Positions 9,501-16,375 of a stretch of 28,564 nt of DNA are shown here, piece after piece. The DNA comes from a virus. Its lineage: Duplodnaviria > Caudoviricetes. The position numbers and the translations under genes are program-made. Location of the stretch: positions 1 through 28,564 of IMG/VR virus record IMGVR_UViG_3300044452_000313; one strand, written 5' to 3'. The notes beneath the pieces were generated by a model. The model saw nothing but the letters and a program-made list of their open reading frames with translations. It made no database searches and was not told the DNA's origin. How positions within the stretch are numbered: the stretch's first letter is position 1; each line of letters starts with the position of its first letter.

Positions 9501-10041
9501 CGTCGTAGAACTTTATCCAGGCGTGCGGCGCCCCGAGGACATCAAGACCGGTGAGGGGGTAGCCGTATTGCGGATCCTCGTTTTCCGGAGCGGTATCGAT
9601 CGTATAGTATTTCGCGTTGACCGCGACACGACCGCTCGTCAGGCCTTCAACCGGAACGTTCGAGACCTCGAGAATGTAGGTCATCCATGCGTTCAGCGTG
9701 CCGTGCGTATACGGCGGCGCGATCGCATGCCCCTCGGTCGCATAAGTCCCGAGGATGAACTTGTAAGGCGTCACCTCGCCCGTGGTGGTCTGCTGTGTCT
9801 GAATCCCCGAGGAAACAACCTTCGGCTGCTTGGCAAACAACTGTCCGGCCAGCGATGCGGCAACCGAAAGGCCGGTGTAGGTGATGATCCCAGCTATTCC
9901 AGACGCAAATGAACCAAACGCAGGCAGCAGAAGCCCTGTGAGCGCTGCGGTGACAGGCTCAGCCAGAGCGGGCGTCGTCAACGCCGCGCTGGCAATGAAA
10001 ACTGCGGCCAGAAAATGCCGCAGCTTCTGCATTGGTTTCAT
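3580..10041 (-). CDS. Central tail tip / host-specificity fibre protein (2153 aa) with Ala-rich coiled-coil linkers and several beta-rich domains
   Basis: GIRLYDPRKDS...TWEFTTNPL tail-tip motif, FN3-like segment, Ala/Ser/Thr repeats, duplicated domain; ATGA overlap puts the start at 10041. Confidence 0.9.
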   Translation of the reverse strand: MKPMQKLRHFLAAVFIASAALTTPALAEPVTAALTGLLLPAFGSFASGIAGIITYTGLSVAASLAGQLFAKQPKVVSSGIQTQQTTTGEVTPYKFILGTYATEGHAIAPPYTHGTLNAWMTYILEVSNVPVEGLTSGRVAVNAKYYTIDTAPENEDPQYGYPLTGLDVLGAPHAWIKFYDGTQTTADPYLVNEYSSHPTRPWTLNHINEGSAYAIVTFRYNPEVFQSRPSVRFELDGIRLYDPRKDSSVGGSGSHRWANTNTWEFTTNPLVMAYNICRGITLPTGDVYGGEYQAEDLPLDNWFAAMNACDVLIGSRKTYEAGFEVDVSVEPSEILNQLFRASFTQFSCAAGVARVRTGAPAIATVSFTDDDLILTKPGSADPFPRIEAVRNTYFGTYVEPEDIYQGREVTPYSDPEWLARDNGAQLAQELPMPAVFNKSQAQHLLESYAKDDNRFRAHVVTLPPDYSNLQVFDTVLWNSAEYGYTSKTFEITGRFVHPVTHLPTFTIRERDAGDVAWTPGQDLPPEVSKLGTSPPADITMSSLQATPTTIPDAAGGPTGPGIELTWSSESEAPLADVARFRMRIQGTTKITENFPADAETNRVTIRGLRNTAYEVQGRYVLQGRKPVWPDTWVQVTTPDIGLAASQIDDTVANDIAAAQTLAQQGVDDAATVQANLDTEISNIQVDYQAAVDAAADAVAARTGAEAAELGAQTAQTGSEAARDITETARDVTLAAQVITEAARDETLVAETNALDSANAASVFATSANSDAGNASQSAESAQLESLRAAVAARNPQNLIFDGGFTLEESEFFYWAAEGAQSRTRIDDPGSTAPYTTAVQYIHPANDFVTGLLLSSENPNLPDGVTLQVGEGTYRFDVSMWVHVATGDGVFSGFEIDMTLRDVGTVNSNLVTINGTLMPMTTRGAWQFIETEQSLTVPAGKELYTLRIFSRFSTAATSDTEIRWTDLQFEDVTQSYNAGQSALAAADEASLAETFSGAAGLSANAASADRLLAEAAKDDAENFASASSDSADQAAVHVTDAGNFATVAEGHSLDAATEAGNALAASGSSADSAADALGYRNEAETFRNTVASTSAEFAQDVAAQGTSRIFGVEQWTWEPTSATNIGSKGQIFPVNLVTNDPDFGNCYTGGPNTNAHFGPITPLPYDLTRVYSVKFAAKVVVDNGATFDFRAGATLYEAGVRDATAVNIQWEGPELSVASGPQVYEVWFSHRSDVSAILPGDVDAFMSLTAATSPTNNQFMPHVRVMSVNAGGSAEGYVGYLEVRDVTALANALIAESAADGSATASTAAKEAAEAAETNAGNFATVSADESAVATVKAAEAAGHAGAAATSATLADSRATDAENASLASETKRLQATAAFLAASKRNLIFDGGFTLEGSELFYWAAEGAQSRTRIDDPSSTAPYTTAVQYIHPANDALAGLLLSSENPNLPDGVGLQVGEGTYRFRIAMWVHVASGDGAFSGFEIDMTLRDVGTVNSNLVTENGIGMPVTTRGAWQLIETEQSLTVPAGRELYTLRIYSRFSTAATSDTEIRWTGLEFQDVTQVHDATTQALAASDSKDITIANASQTSSDALVAQTERLLTEAARDDAEDSATASSDSANLASTKATEAGNSATAADDARLLAVAAKDGSENAATASASSATLADSKATEAANSATAADTARVQAETAQGAAEADRILAVQAASDADASKVAAQSAETTAVSIITDVNLSQVDFQRILEDASDFEDTSGTLNTLTTLTGELGQTSVVVLGTGAGTLNASGNGNGHSIQIPPEQAQQFAGNRVRVDILTRRLGSNPPASNFAIAYTTQDAGNSGIQNLSSTGTWSWKTFYYDVPFSDTGTSDWIVLWGDADGGGGQTVFGRVVVRKVTDAADVPEIGITDASVSLLQTAVADLEGNASASLVWRVKAGTSGAEIELVALDNASGAAESVYRVAADTLIFDSSLSAFGGAIASDNFNGTINSSGVITNVGTTGYALDQTGQIVGTNIIDRALLAPGAVADRKQDRRTGAFSPTNVSTWEVVASITLGAISYDEHWQVQASCLLRYISNPATYGEMRLQQSVWVPGASGYGDWDTVATQTIGASFTDWFLRTATTQLGTELTNARFRMQVSKVGSPAAGNVHRNASLTAFKIYDPG
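5356..5886 (-). repeat. Copy 2 of a 531-bp (177-aa) intragenic domain duplication
   Basis: NLIFDGGF...FQDVTQ aligns without gaps to 7123-7653. Confidence 0.95.
7123..7653 (-). repeat. Copy 1 of a 531-bp (177-aa) intragenic domain duplication
   Basis: NLIFDGGF...FEDVTQ; about 22 aa differences from copy 2 by manual count. Confidence 0.95.
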
Positions 10042-10427
10042 AGGCGGAAACATCTCTCCATCGTCATGCGAGATACGAAGACAATGCCCGCCTCCTCTCC
10101 GAGGCCGACAACGTGATCGCCTGTCACAATGACGAGCGCTTTCTCGGCAATGACGCCGATATCTCCCAACTGCCCCATGGCGGGTGGGATCTCTTCGAGT
10201 TTGCTTTCAAGCAGGGCAACGTGGCTGGCGTAGCCGTCCTTGGCCAACAGCTTTCGCCCTGTCGCGTAGCTGTCGTATTCCCCGCGCCACTTGACAGCCC
10301 AGTCTTCCCCCAGCACTTTGCGCACCCAATCGGCGGCAAAGATCGCGCAGTCGAATTCCCCCGCCGAAACGGGTTTGGTCGCCACTTCCGTAAGGTACTC
10401 TTGCAGCAATTCCACGCGGCTTTTCAT
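10038..10427 (-). CDS. Tail tip protein, DUF6950/NlpC-P60-like (129 aa)
   Basis: GEFDCAIFAADWV and GDIG motifs; ATGA overlaps on both sides. Confidence 0.75.
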   Translation of the reverse strand: MKSRVELLQEYLTEVATKPVSAGEFDCAIFAADWVRKVLGEDWAVKWRGEYDSYATGRKLLAKDGYASHVALLESKLEEIPPAMGQLGDIGVIAEKALVIVTGDHVVGLGEEAGIVFVSRMTMERCFRL

Positions 10428-11131
10428 CGACGTGCCCTCGTGTCTGGGGTTACCGGCGCGACCGGTCGGACAGGCAATTGACCTGAGCCACCACCGCTCG
10501 AAAACGTTCCGGGGATTTCCAATTCCTTCTTGTCCACCGTTCCCCAAAACTCGCCGGGGCCGGACGACACGCTCGCGTAGCTCTTTCCCTCATCGAGGGG
10601 GTTCACGCGCTTTTGCGAGGCGTTGGATTTCTTCGTGTGCACCGCCGTGGTCAGTGAATAGGCCACATCCTTGGCGGTCATGCGCATGACAGTGTCGGTG
10701 TTTTCCGCACCGTCTGGAATGTTGACGTGATCTGAGAAGCCTTTGAAAATTCGATCCGGCTCGGCAAGCAAGGTGCCGTTGTTGGCATCGAACTTTGCGC
10801 TGTGAATGGTCAGGGGTGCGCGCGATGCGTCATACTGCTTGACCATCTGCTGCACTTCGATGGGAACGGTACCGAAGGAGATTTGCTGTTCCTGGACGGT
10901 GAACCCCATTTCCTCGCGGATAGGGTCGAAGTCCATCAGCGTCCCGGTTCCGACATACGTCCGCTCGACGCCGTCAATGGTGGTCGTGAAGGTTCCGTTG
11001 CCCTGCCAAAGATGCAGGCTGTGTTCGGAATTGTCGGACGGATCTGTAACCGTAATGGAAAACAGGTTTCGGACGTACTGCGCGCCATTCAGCGCCCAGT
11101 AGATCAGCACTTGCGGGTCGTAGGCGATCAT
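10424..11131 (-). CDS. Minor tail / baseplate hub protein (235 aa)
   Basis: Position after the distal tail gene; LHLWQG...YVGTG motif; ATGA overlap puts the start at 11131. Confidence 0.7.
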   Translation of the reverse strand: MIAYDPQVLIYWALNGAQYVRNLFSITVTDPSDNSEHSLHLWQGNGTFTTTIDGVERTYVGTGTLMDFDPIREEMGFTVQEQQISFGTVPIEVQQMVKQYDASRAPLTIHSAKFDANNGTLLAEPDRIFKGFSDHVNIPDGAENTDTVMRMTAKDVAYSLTTAVHTKKSNASQKRVNPLDEGKSYASVSSGPGEFWGTVDKKELEIPGTFSSGGGSGQLPVRPVAPVTPDTRARR

Positions 11132-11790
11132 AGCGCCTGCACCCAATCAATGGCGAAGCCGTTCGTGACACCAGTGCTGCTTGATCCATATGAGGGGTTC
11201 GGGATCATCTGGACGGTTATCACGGGCTTGATGAGTTGAACCGCTTCTCCTGTCGTCGGAGCGTTGGCCGGGTACGGAAAGATCGGAGGCGTGATCTGAA
11301 TGTCCGGTGTGCGACCATTTACATTGACCGTTCCGCCGGAAACGACGCGGTGAAGGCGGCGCTTTCCATTCGGATCGCTGTACCCAAGCAAGTCACCCGG
11401 CGTGATCACGTATCCCACGGGCATTGTGCCCAGGCGAATGAGGCGATTGGAATTGACCTCGTAAATCGTAGGTGTTGCGGACCCCAGGATACTGCCGTCA
11501 GGGTCGTGATATGGATGCGTATGCCCCTGCCGATAGTCGTACATCTCGAAGAGACCACCCGAGGAGTCGATTAAGCTCATCAGCGCCTCGATCTCTGCGG
11601 CTCTTTCTTCCATCTTTATTGCAGCAACCGTGATCGATCCTCGCCAGACGGGATCGCCAATCGACGCGGACAAAGGTCGGCCCGAGCGCGTTCTGTTGAG
11701 CTCACGCGGCTCATAGGGCTGAAACGTCATAGCTGAGCGGGGCAGCTTGTCGAAAAAGTCGGCAAGCGGCACCGGATTGGATATCACCAA
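11128..11790 (-). CDS. Distal tail protein
   Basis: Immediately follows the tape measure gene; start is TTG 11790 or GTG 11787. Confidence 0.7.
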   Translation of the reverse strand: MVISNPVPLADFFDKLPRSAMTFQPYEPRELNRTRSGRPLSASIGDPVWRGSITVAAIKMEERAAEIEALMSLIDSSGGLFEMYDYRQGHTHPYHDPDGSILGSATPTIYEVNSNRLIRLGTMPVGYVITPGDLLGYSDPNGKRRLHRVVSGGTVNVNGRTPDIQITPPIFPYPANAPTTGEAVQLIKPVITVQMIPNPSYGSSSTGVTNGFAIDWVQAL

Positions 11791-11795
11791 TGGAC

Positions 11796-14042
11796 CTATC
11801 CTCTGACGTGGGGGGAGTTTCGAAGTTGGTCGAGGCGCTGAGGCAAGCCATGGCGGCTAAACTGGTCCAGACCCTCAGTAACCCTGCGAACTGCAATCTG
11901 ATCGGATTCAGATCGAATGATCTGCTTGATGTTTCCGCCCTCATCCACCCAGGCCACAACTTCGATCTTCGGAACGCTTGGGGCACCAGAACTGGTTGGA
12001 AAGCCGCCCTTTGGAATGACGGTTTCACCCTTCTCCAAAACAGCGGGAACCTCATTCGGCCTTAAGCCAGCCACGCCACCGTTGTGGTAGCGAGGCGCGC
12101 CGACAAATGCGCTTGCCGGGAAGGATCTCGAGTGATTGTATCCGTCCTTTCCGGCCACACCGCCATCATGCAGAATTCCCGGGATGATGGATCCGCTGAG
12201 AAGACCGCCAGTGCCGTTTCCTGCGAGCGACGTAAAAGCACCCTCCAGCGCTTGGATAGCCGCCATCTCCAGAAGCTTTTGAATTACACGACCAAGGGCT
12301 TCTGTGAGTGAGTCAGCGTTTCTGATTGCGCCATCAAATATACCAGCAAGCTGTGCGCCCGACCGCTCAGCCTCGTCGCCAACTTCTTTTACTTTTTTCG
12401 CGGCTTTGCTGGCAGCGCCGCTTTCACTGCCGATTTCGTTCAGAGCCTGTTTCAGGTTATGCGCGGCATCCGAAGCGTCATTTGATACGTCAGAACTTGA
12501 GCTTACGATATCAGCCAATCGCTCAGCGGCTTCTCTTGCTTTGTCAAAGCCTTCTGTCGCTAGATTAGCGGCCTCCCTCCTCAAGCTTGCAGCACTGTTA
12601 GCAGCGGATTGAGCCTCTGCGTCGAACTGCGACATTTCTCCAACTGCCTTGTTGGACGCATCCAGAAGGGCGTCCGAAACTCCCTGAAATGGATTTACGC
12701 CTAAGACACTGATACCCGCTAAGTCCGAGCCTAAGCCCCCCAAAAATCGAGACCATTGCTCGGTCATCAGCGACAGGAAGCCAAAAAAGCTGGACTGAAC
12801 ATCGGCCCAAATCGCAGATAGCGCAGGAGAGATACCCTGTGCACTCGTTGCGATGCCCGCCCAAACACCCGCGGCCAAATCGCCAAGCGCAGAAAGCGCC
12901 TCCCCCCAAGACCCCGTGGAACGGCGCAAGTTGATCAAGTAGTCAATGAGTAGGCCCGCGCCAACAACGAGCGCTCCAATGCCCGTTGAGATCAGCGCCC
13001 CGCGCAACGTCACAAGAGATGCCGCCCACCGAACTGTCGCTGTCACTGCGCCGTAGATCGCAGGGGTGTACATGCCGACTATGACCGACGCCGCGCCAGA
13101 CACCAATACGCGCAAGCTGTCCACCTCGTTTCCCAAGGGGGAAAGAGATGAGAGAAAATCATCAAGACTTCTTTTGGCCTCACCCACTGCCGCCGCAGCG
13201 GCCGTAACACCGCTAGAAAGCCCCAAGATTGCATTTGCCAGAAGCGCGCTTGCGCCTGTTGCGTCGTCCATCCCGAAAGTAACAAGGCCAACGCTCGCAC
13301 TGAGAACAGTTAGTGCCTGAGAAACAGTTGGGATGGTGTTTCCAAATGCTTCCTCCAGCGCATCGCTTTGAGAAAGGATGGCGTCAAAAAACTCTCGACT
13401 GGAAACTTCTCCGGCCACGACTAGCTGCCGCAATCTGCCAACTGATCCGCCTGCCCTATCAATGCCATCGGCTGCGGCCTGCGCGATCGGAAATGCGCCT
13501 TCCAGAATCGAATTGAATTCTTCGGCCCGTACAATGCCGCCAGCCATCGCCTGAGATAACTGAAGCAGCGCCCCTGACGCTTCTTGCGCAGACGTGCCAG
13601 AGGAGGCGAGCGCGAGACCGACGTTTTCGGTGAAGCGAACTACGTCCTCCGAAGAAGCCCCAAGGTCACGAGACGCCACGCTGACACGACGATACAATTC
13701 GGCAGTCTCGCGCAGAGGTGCACGCGTTCTTTGAGCGACCCCTGCAACTTCATCGAGTGCTTGCTCTGCTTCCGCTGCAGTCATACCCATGCCGCGAAAA
13801 GCATTCCTGACTTCGACAATTTCCTGAGAGCTTCGAAGAGCAGTGCCGACCCCAACCACTGCTGTCACCATGCCTGCGGCCTGCACAGCAACCGATCTAA
13901 AACTAGATCCCAGTGCTTGCATTGACCGGCTTAGCCTGGCTTCTGTTTGACCCCCTGTTCGCGTCAGGCGATCAAGTTCATGGCGACTGCGTCGAACACT
14001 GTCGCTTTCAACGACAATGCCGAGGCGTGCAAAATCTGTCAT
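11796..14042 (-). CDS. Tape measure protein (748 aa)
   Basis: LLQLSQAMAGGIVRAEEFNSILE N-terminal motif, Ala/Gly-rich helical body, C-terminal APRYHNGG...EVPAVLEKGE; start reassigned to MTDFARL. Confidence 0.93.
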   Translation of the reverse strand: MTDFARLGIVVESDSVRRSRHELDRLTRTGGQTEARLSRSMQALGSSFRSVAVQAAGMVTAVVGVGTALRSSQEIVEVRNAFRGMGMTAAEAEQALDEVAGVAQRTRAPLRETAELYRRVSVASRDLGASSEDVVRFTENVGLALASSGTSAQEASGALLQLSQAMAGGIVRAEEFNSILEGAFPIAQAAADGIDRAGGSVGRLRQLVVAGEVSSREFFDAILSQSDALEEAFGNTIPTVSQALTVLSASVGLVTFGMDDATGASALLANAILGLSSGVTAAAAAVGEAKRSLDDFLSSLSPLGNEVDSLRVLVSGAASVIVGMYTPAIYGAVTATVRWAASLVTLRGALISTGIGALVVGAGLLIDYLINLRRSTGSWGEALSALGDLAAGVWAGIATSAQGISPALSAIWADVQSSFFGFLSLMTEQWSRFLGGLGSDLAGISVLGVNPFQGVSDALLDASNKAVGEMSQFDAEAQSAANSAASLRREAANLATEGFDKAREAAERLADIVSSSSDVSNDASDAAHNLKQALNEIGSESGAASKAAKKVKEVGDEAERSGAQLAGIFDGAIRNADSLTEALGRVIQKLLEMAAIQALEGAFTSLAGNGTGGLLSGSIIPGILHDGGVAGKDGYNHSRSFPASAFVGAPRYHNGGVAGLRPNEVPAVLEKGETVIPKGGFPTSSGAPSVPKIEVVAWVDEGGNIKQIIRSESDQIAVRRVTEGLDQFSRHGLPQRLDQLRNSPHVRG

Positions 14043-14105
14043 TTTCGGGCTCTTGTATTGGGACAACAGAATTCGCACTCTCTGAGGAACCAAAGAGAGG
14101 AGAAC

Positions 14106-14387
14106 GTGTTGAGATTTTTTGTATTAGGAGCGGTGTTTTTTGCGTCTACTGGGCTTGCTGAGGCCAGGAATGAAATTACTGACAAGGCCTCATGCTACGC
14201 TAGTCTTTCGCGTTTTGCGTCAATTGTCGGTGGTATTCGTGATGTCGAGGGTTTTTGGCATTCGCAATATGCGGCTTTAGAGGACCGATCAAAGGCCGAC
14301 GCCTTGGTCAATGCTCACGTCGAAATCCGGAGGCAAAACGAGATCATCGCAGAACTGCTCTCAGAAGTCTGTCAAACTTACGACTGA
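14106..14387 (+). CDS. Small exported protein (93 aa), antisense moron
   Basis: GAGAGGAG RBS before GTG 14106; signal peptide ending AEA|R; two Cys. Confidence 0.7.
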   Translation: MLRFFVLGAVFFASTGLAEARNEITDKASCYASLSRFASIVGGIRDVEGFWHSQYAALEDRSKADALVNAHVEIRRQNEIIAELLSEVCQTYD

Positions 14388-14728
14388 ACCTTCCAAAGGC
14401 TCTTTTGCCAGGGAATGCGTAAGAGATAAGCCAGCCAGGTATGATTGAGACATCTTACGCAACAGAACCATTTCGTCTCGTGTCAGTTCGTGAATGCGCC
14501 CGTAAACCTCGATCTCTTGCCAACTTAATGGTCCGTCACTGGTCGCTTTTCCAGCGTCACGCCATGCAGACCAGATTGTCTCTACGTAATCCAAGGGCGG
14601 AAGCCGTATTTCGCCGCCCTGTTCTTGTATCAAAGCAGCACGCATTTTATCCGTGCCCTCCACGGTCGCGTGGTAATAGCCAAGCTGCTGCGCCGCCAAC
14701 GTCAGCTGGTCGACGCGCTCGTAAAAAG
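14361..14728 (-). CDS. Tail assembly chaperone gpT-like extension, expressed by -1 frameshift
   Basis: Open -1 frame from CTT-TTT-A; GPLSWQEIEVY motif typical of gpT domains; precedes the tape measure gene. Confidence 0.75.
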
Positions 14729-15181
14729 CGCACCTTCGTCTGCGCTCCTCCGGAAGATCAAGGTCATGAAGGATGGGTGAGACAAAGCCTTTAGAATGTT
14801 TTGCGGATTGCACTCCGCTGGATCCTCACCCTCACTGATAACAATATTCCGCCAATCCGAAACCGTCGCTACAAGCAACTCCTTCTGGTGAGTTTCTCGC
14901 GCTTTCGCGTTTCGCGCCAGTAGATTTGCCTGTTCACTTTCCGAGGCACGCAGCAGCTTCATACCATGAAGTTCCTCAGCCCTCTGTCGCGCATCAACAC
15001 ACGATTTTACCTGCTGTGACCGGCTACCTCGAACCAATACCTCACATGGCAGGTCAGTTTCCGTTGTGGTCACTGCATTCCTTTCATCGAGGAAAAGTGG
15101 CTCACCGCTAACAGGATGCGAAAGTTGTATCCACGAGCCGGTCTCGTGCCGGTCGTCTGCGGACATTTTTGCAAAATCCAC
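14702..15181 (-). CDS. Tail assembly chaperone gpG-like (159 aa)
   Basis: GGAAGGA RBS before GTG 15181; L.HPV.GEPL...VRGSRS motif; ends just after the slippery site. Confidence 0.8.
   Translation of the reverse strand: MDFAKMSADDRHETGSWIQLSHPVSGEPLFLDERNAVTTTETDLPCEVLVRGSRSQQVKSCVDARQRAEELHGMKLLRASESEQANLLARNAKARETHQKELLVATVSDWRNIVISEGEDPAECNPQNILKALSHPSFMTLIFRRSADEGALFTSASTS
14722..14728 (-). other. Putative -1 ribosomal frameshift site CTTTTTA
   Basis: Frame 0 reads GCG CTT TTT ACG (ALFT); -1 frame reads GCT TTT TAC GAG (AFYE) and stays open to 14361. Confidence 0.7.
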
Positions 15182-15251
15182 TGAATTTCCTTCCAGTTCT
15201 TCCGTTGCTTCTGGGCTGAGCGGGTATCTCAACGTGGCAAATGAGCCCGCG

Positions 15252-15545
15252 TTACGTGCTCAAAAACCACTCTCCGCGCTTGGTGCTGTACTTGGCTACG
15301 GTTTGCCCGTTTTCGTAGTTGGGGGGAAAGGCCGACGTGCCTAGCTCTCCATCCACGATGTACATCATGTCACCGAACTCGTAGCCCTCTGGGGCGGACT
15401 CAATCATCAATCGAATAATCTCATCGATATGGGATTGAACTTGCTTTGCGAGAGTCGGTGCAGCGCTCGCAATTTCAGCGATCGGAGCAGCGACAACTGT
15501 TGCCCCTGCAGTCTTGATAAACGTTCGTCTGCTTGTTATGTTCAT
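15252..15545 (-). CDS. Twin-arginine (Tat) signal-like small protein (97 aa)
   Basis: SRRTFIK matches S-R-R-x-F-L-K; hydrophobic stretch, ASA|A cleavage site; GGAG RBS. Confidence 0.75.
   Translation of the reverse strand: MNITSRRTFIKTAGATVVAAPIAEIASAAPTLAKQVQSHIDEIIRLMIESAPEGYEFGDMMYIVDGELGTSAFPPNYENGQTVAKYSTKRGEWFLST
15514..15542 (+). promoter_or_regulatory. Predicted sigma70 antisense promoter inside the first codons of the Tat-signal gene
   Basis: TTGATA (15514-19), 17-bp spacer, TATGTT (15537-42), with extended -10 TG. Confidence 0.65.
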
Positions 15546-15548
15546 GGT

Positions 15549-15620
15549 CTGAACTCCAAGTGATATTGGGTTTTAGTTAGAGGGGCCGCTGATCCGCCAA
15601 GATTGCAGCGGCCCTTTGCT
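15549..15620 (+). ncRNA. Predicted ~70-nt cis-antisense RNA covering the RBS of the Tat-signal gene
   Basis: Bounded by the promoter above and a plus-strand terminator; contains CUCC complementary to the RBS; loop contains CGCCAA; ends approximate. Confidence 0.55.
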
Positions 15621-15625
15621 ATTTT
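15580..15625 (+). terminator. Intrinsic terminator on the plus strand
   Basis: GAGGGGCCGCTG-N14-CAGCGGCCCTTT then GCTATTTT; G-U pairs and U-tract work only on the plus strand. Confidence 0.65.
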
Positions 15626-15866
15626 AGGCTCGGTAGTAAGTTTGATTTGGTCCGCGGCGAAGCTTGCCCAATGCGACCTGTTCTTCGAGCGCTTCAGTGA
15701 TTTCCTGCTCAAGCCCAGCAATAGCCAAGGCTTTTAGAACCTCAGGGTGATTTACCTTAATCTCCCCTTCCGCTGCCTCAGCGAGCTTACTTGCATCCTT
15801 AATCCCCTTGGTGATCAAATCATCCATGGTCATTGCGATAATTTTTTCGGCTTCTTCTTGGGTCAT
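15624..15866 (-). CDS. Hypothetical protein (80 aa), last coupled gene of the arc-ParB-like operon
   Basis: AAGGGGG RBS, ATGA overlap with the upstream ORF; C-terminus may be winged-helix-like. Confidence 0.7.
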   Translation of the reverse strand: MTQEEAEKIIAMTMDDLITKGIKDASKLAEAAEGEIKVNHPEVLKALAIAGLEQEITEALEEQVALGKLRRGPNQTYYRA

Positions 15867-16375
15867 GCGACAACCCCCTTTGTGAAACCAGCCAAGAGAT
15901 CATTGATCGGCGTATCAGCGTCATCGTCCGGCGCGACCGCAGCCACCATTTCATGAAAAGCTCTGATCTTAGCAGCCTTTTGAAGATCAGCTCGTGCACC
16001 CCTCTCTAGAAAGCTTGCGTACTGATCTACTTCATTCAACGTCGCAGTTTCGATGGGCACCCAAATCATCTCTCGACTACTGCCGCTTGACGGAAGTGCA
16101 ATGCACTTCGGTACTTGAAGATCAGGTTCTGCGTTCCCGAAAAGGCTAATTTGGATTTCTTCCATGTGTTCGCGCGAAGCATCTTTCATCTCTTCACGGC
16201 TGATTTTCATAAGCGTATTGTCGATCAGTCGATCGGCCTCTTGCTGAATAAGGTTCGGAAATTCCTCCTTAGTGCGCTCCACAATTTGTCTGTTCGTCGT
16301 TCGCGACCCGGCCAATTCTTCCGTCATGATCAGCCGCATGTGATGCCTTAACTTTGCTCTGGTTGATCTAGGCAT
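15863..16375 (-). CDS. Hypothetical protein (170 aa)
   Basis: GGAGG RBS before ATG 16375, overlapping the ParB-like stop; the 218-aa track start is unlikely. Confidence 0.75.
   Translation of the reverse strand: MPRSTRAKLRHHMRLIMTEELAGSRTTNRQIVERTKEEFPNLIQQEADRLIDNTLMKISREEMKDASREHMEEIQISLFGNAEPDLQVPKCIALPSSGSSREMIWVPIETATLNEVDQYASFLERGARADLQKAAKIRAFHEMVAAVAPDDDADTPINDLLAGFTKGVVA

Noticed and set aside
7105-9912. Long plus-strand ORFs (261, 215, 211 aa) and similar ones at 21386-23638
   Set aside because: Antisense shadows of well-supported GC-rich minus-strand genes, with no recognisable motifs
15220-15250. Hairpin GCGGG...CCCGC upstream of the tail chaperone as a terminator
   Set aside because: Short imperfect stem without a U-tract; function cannot be assigned
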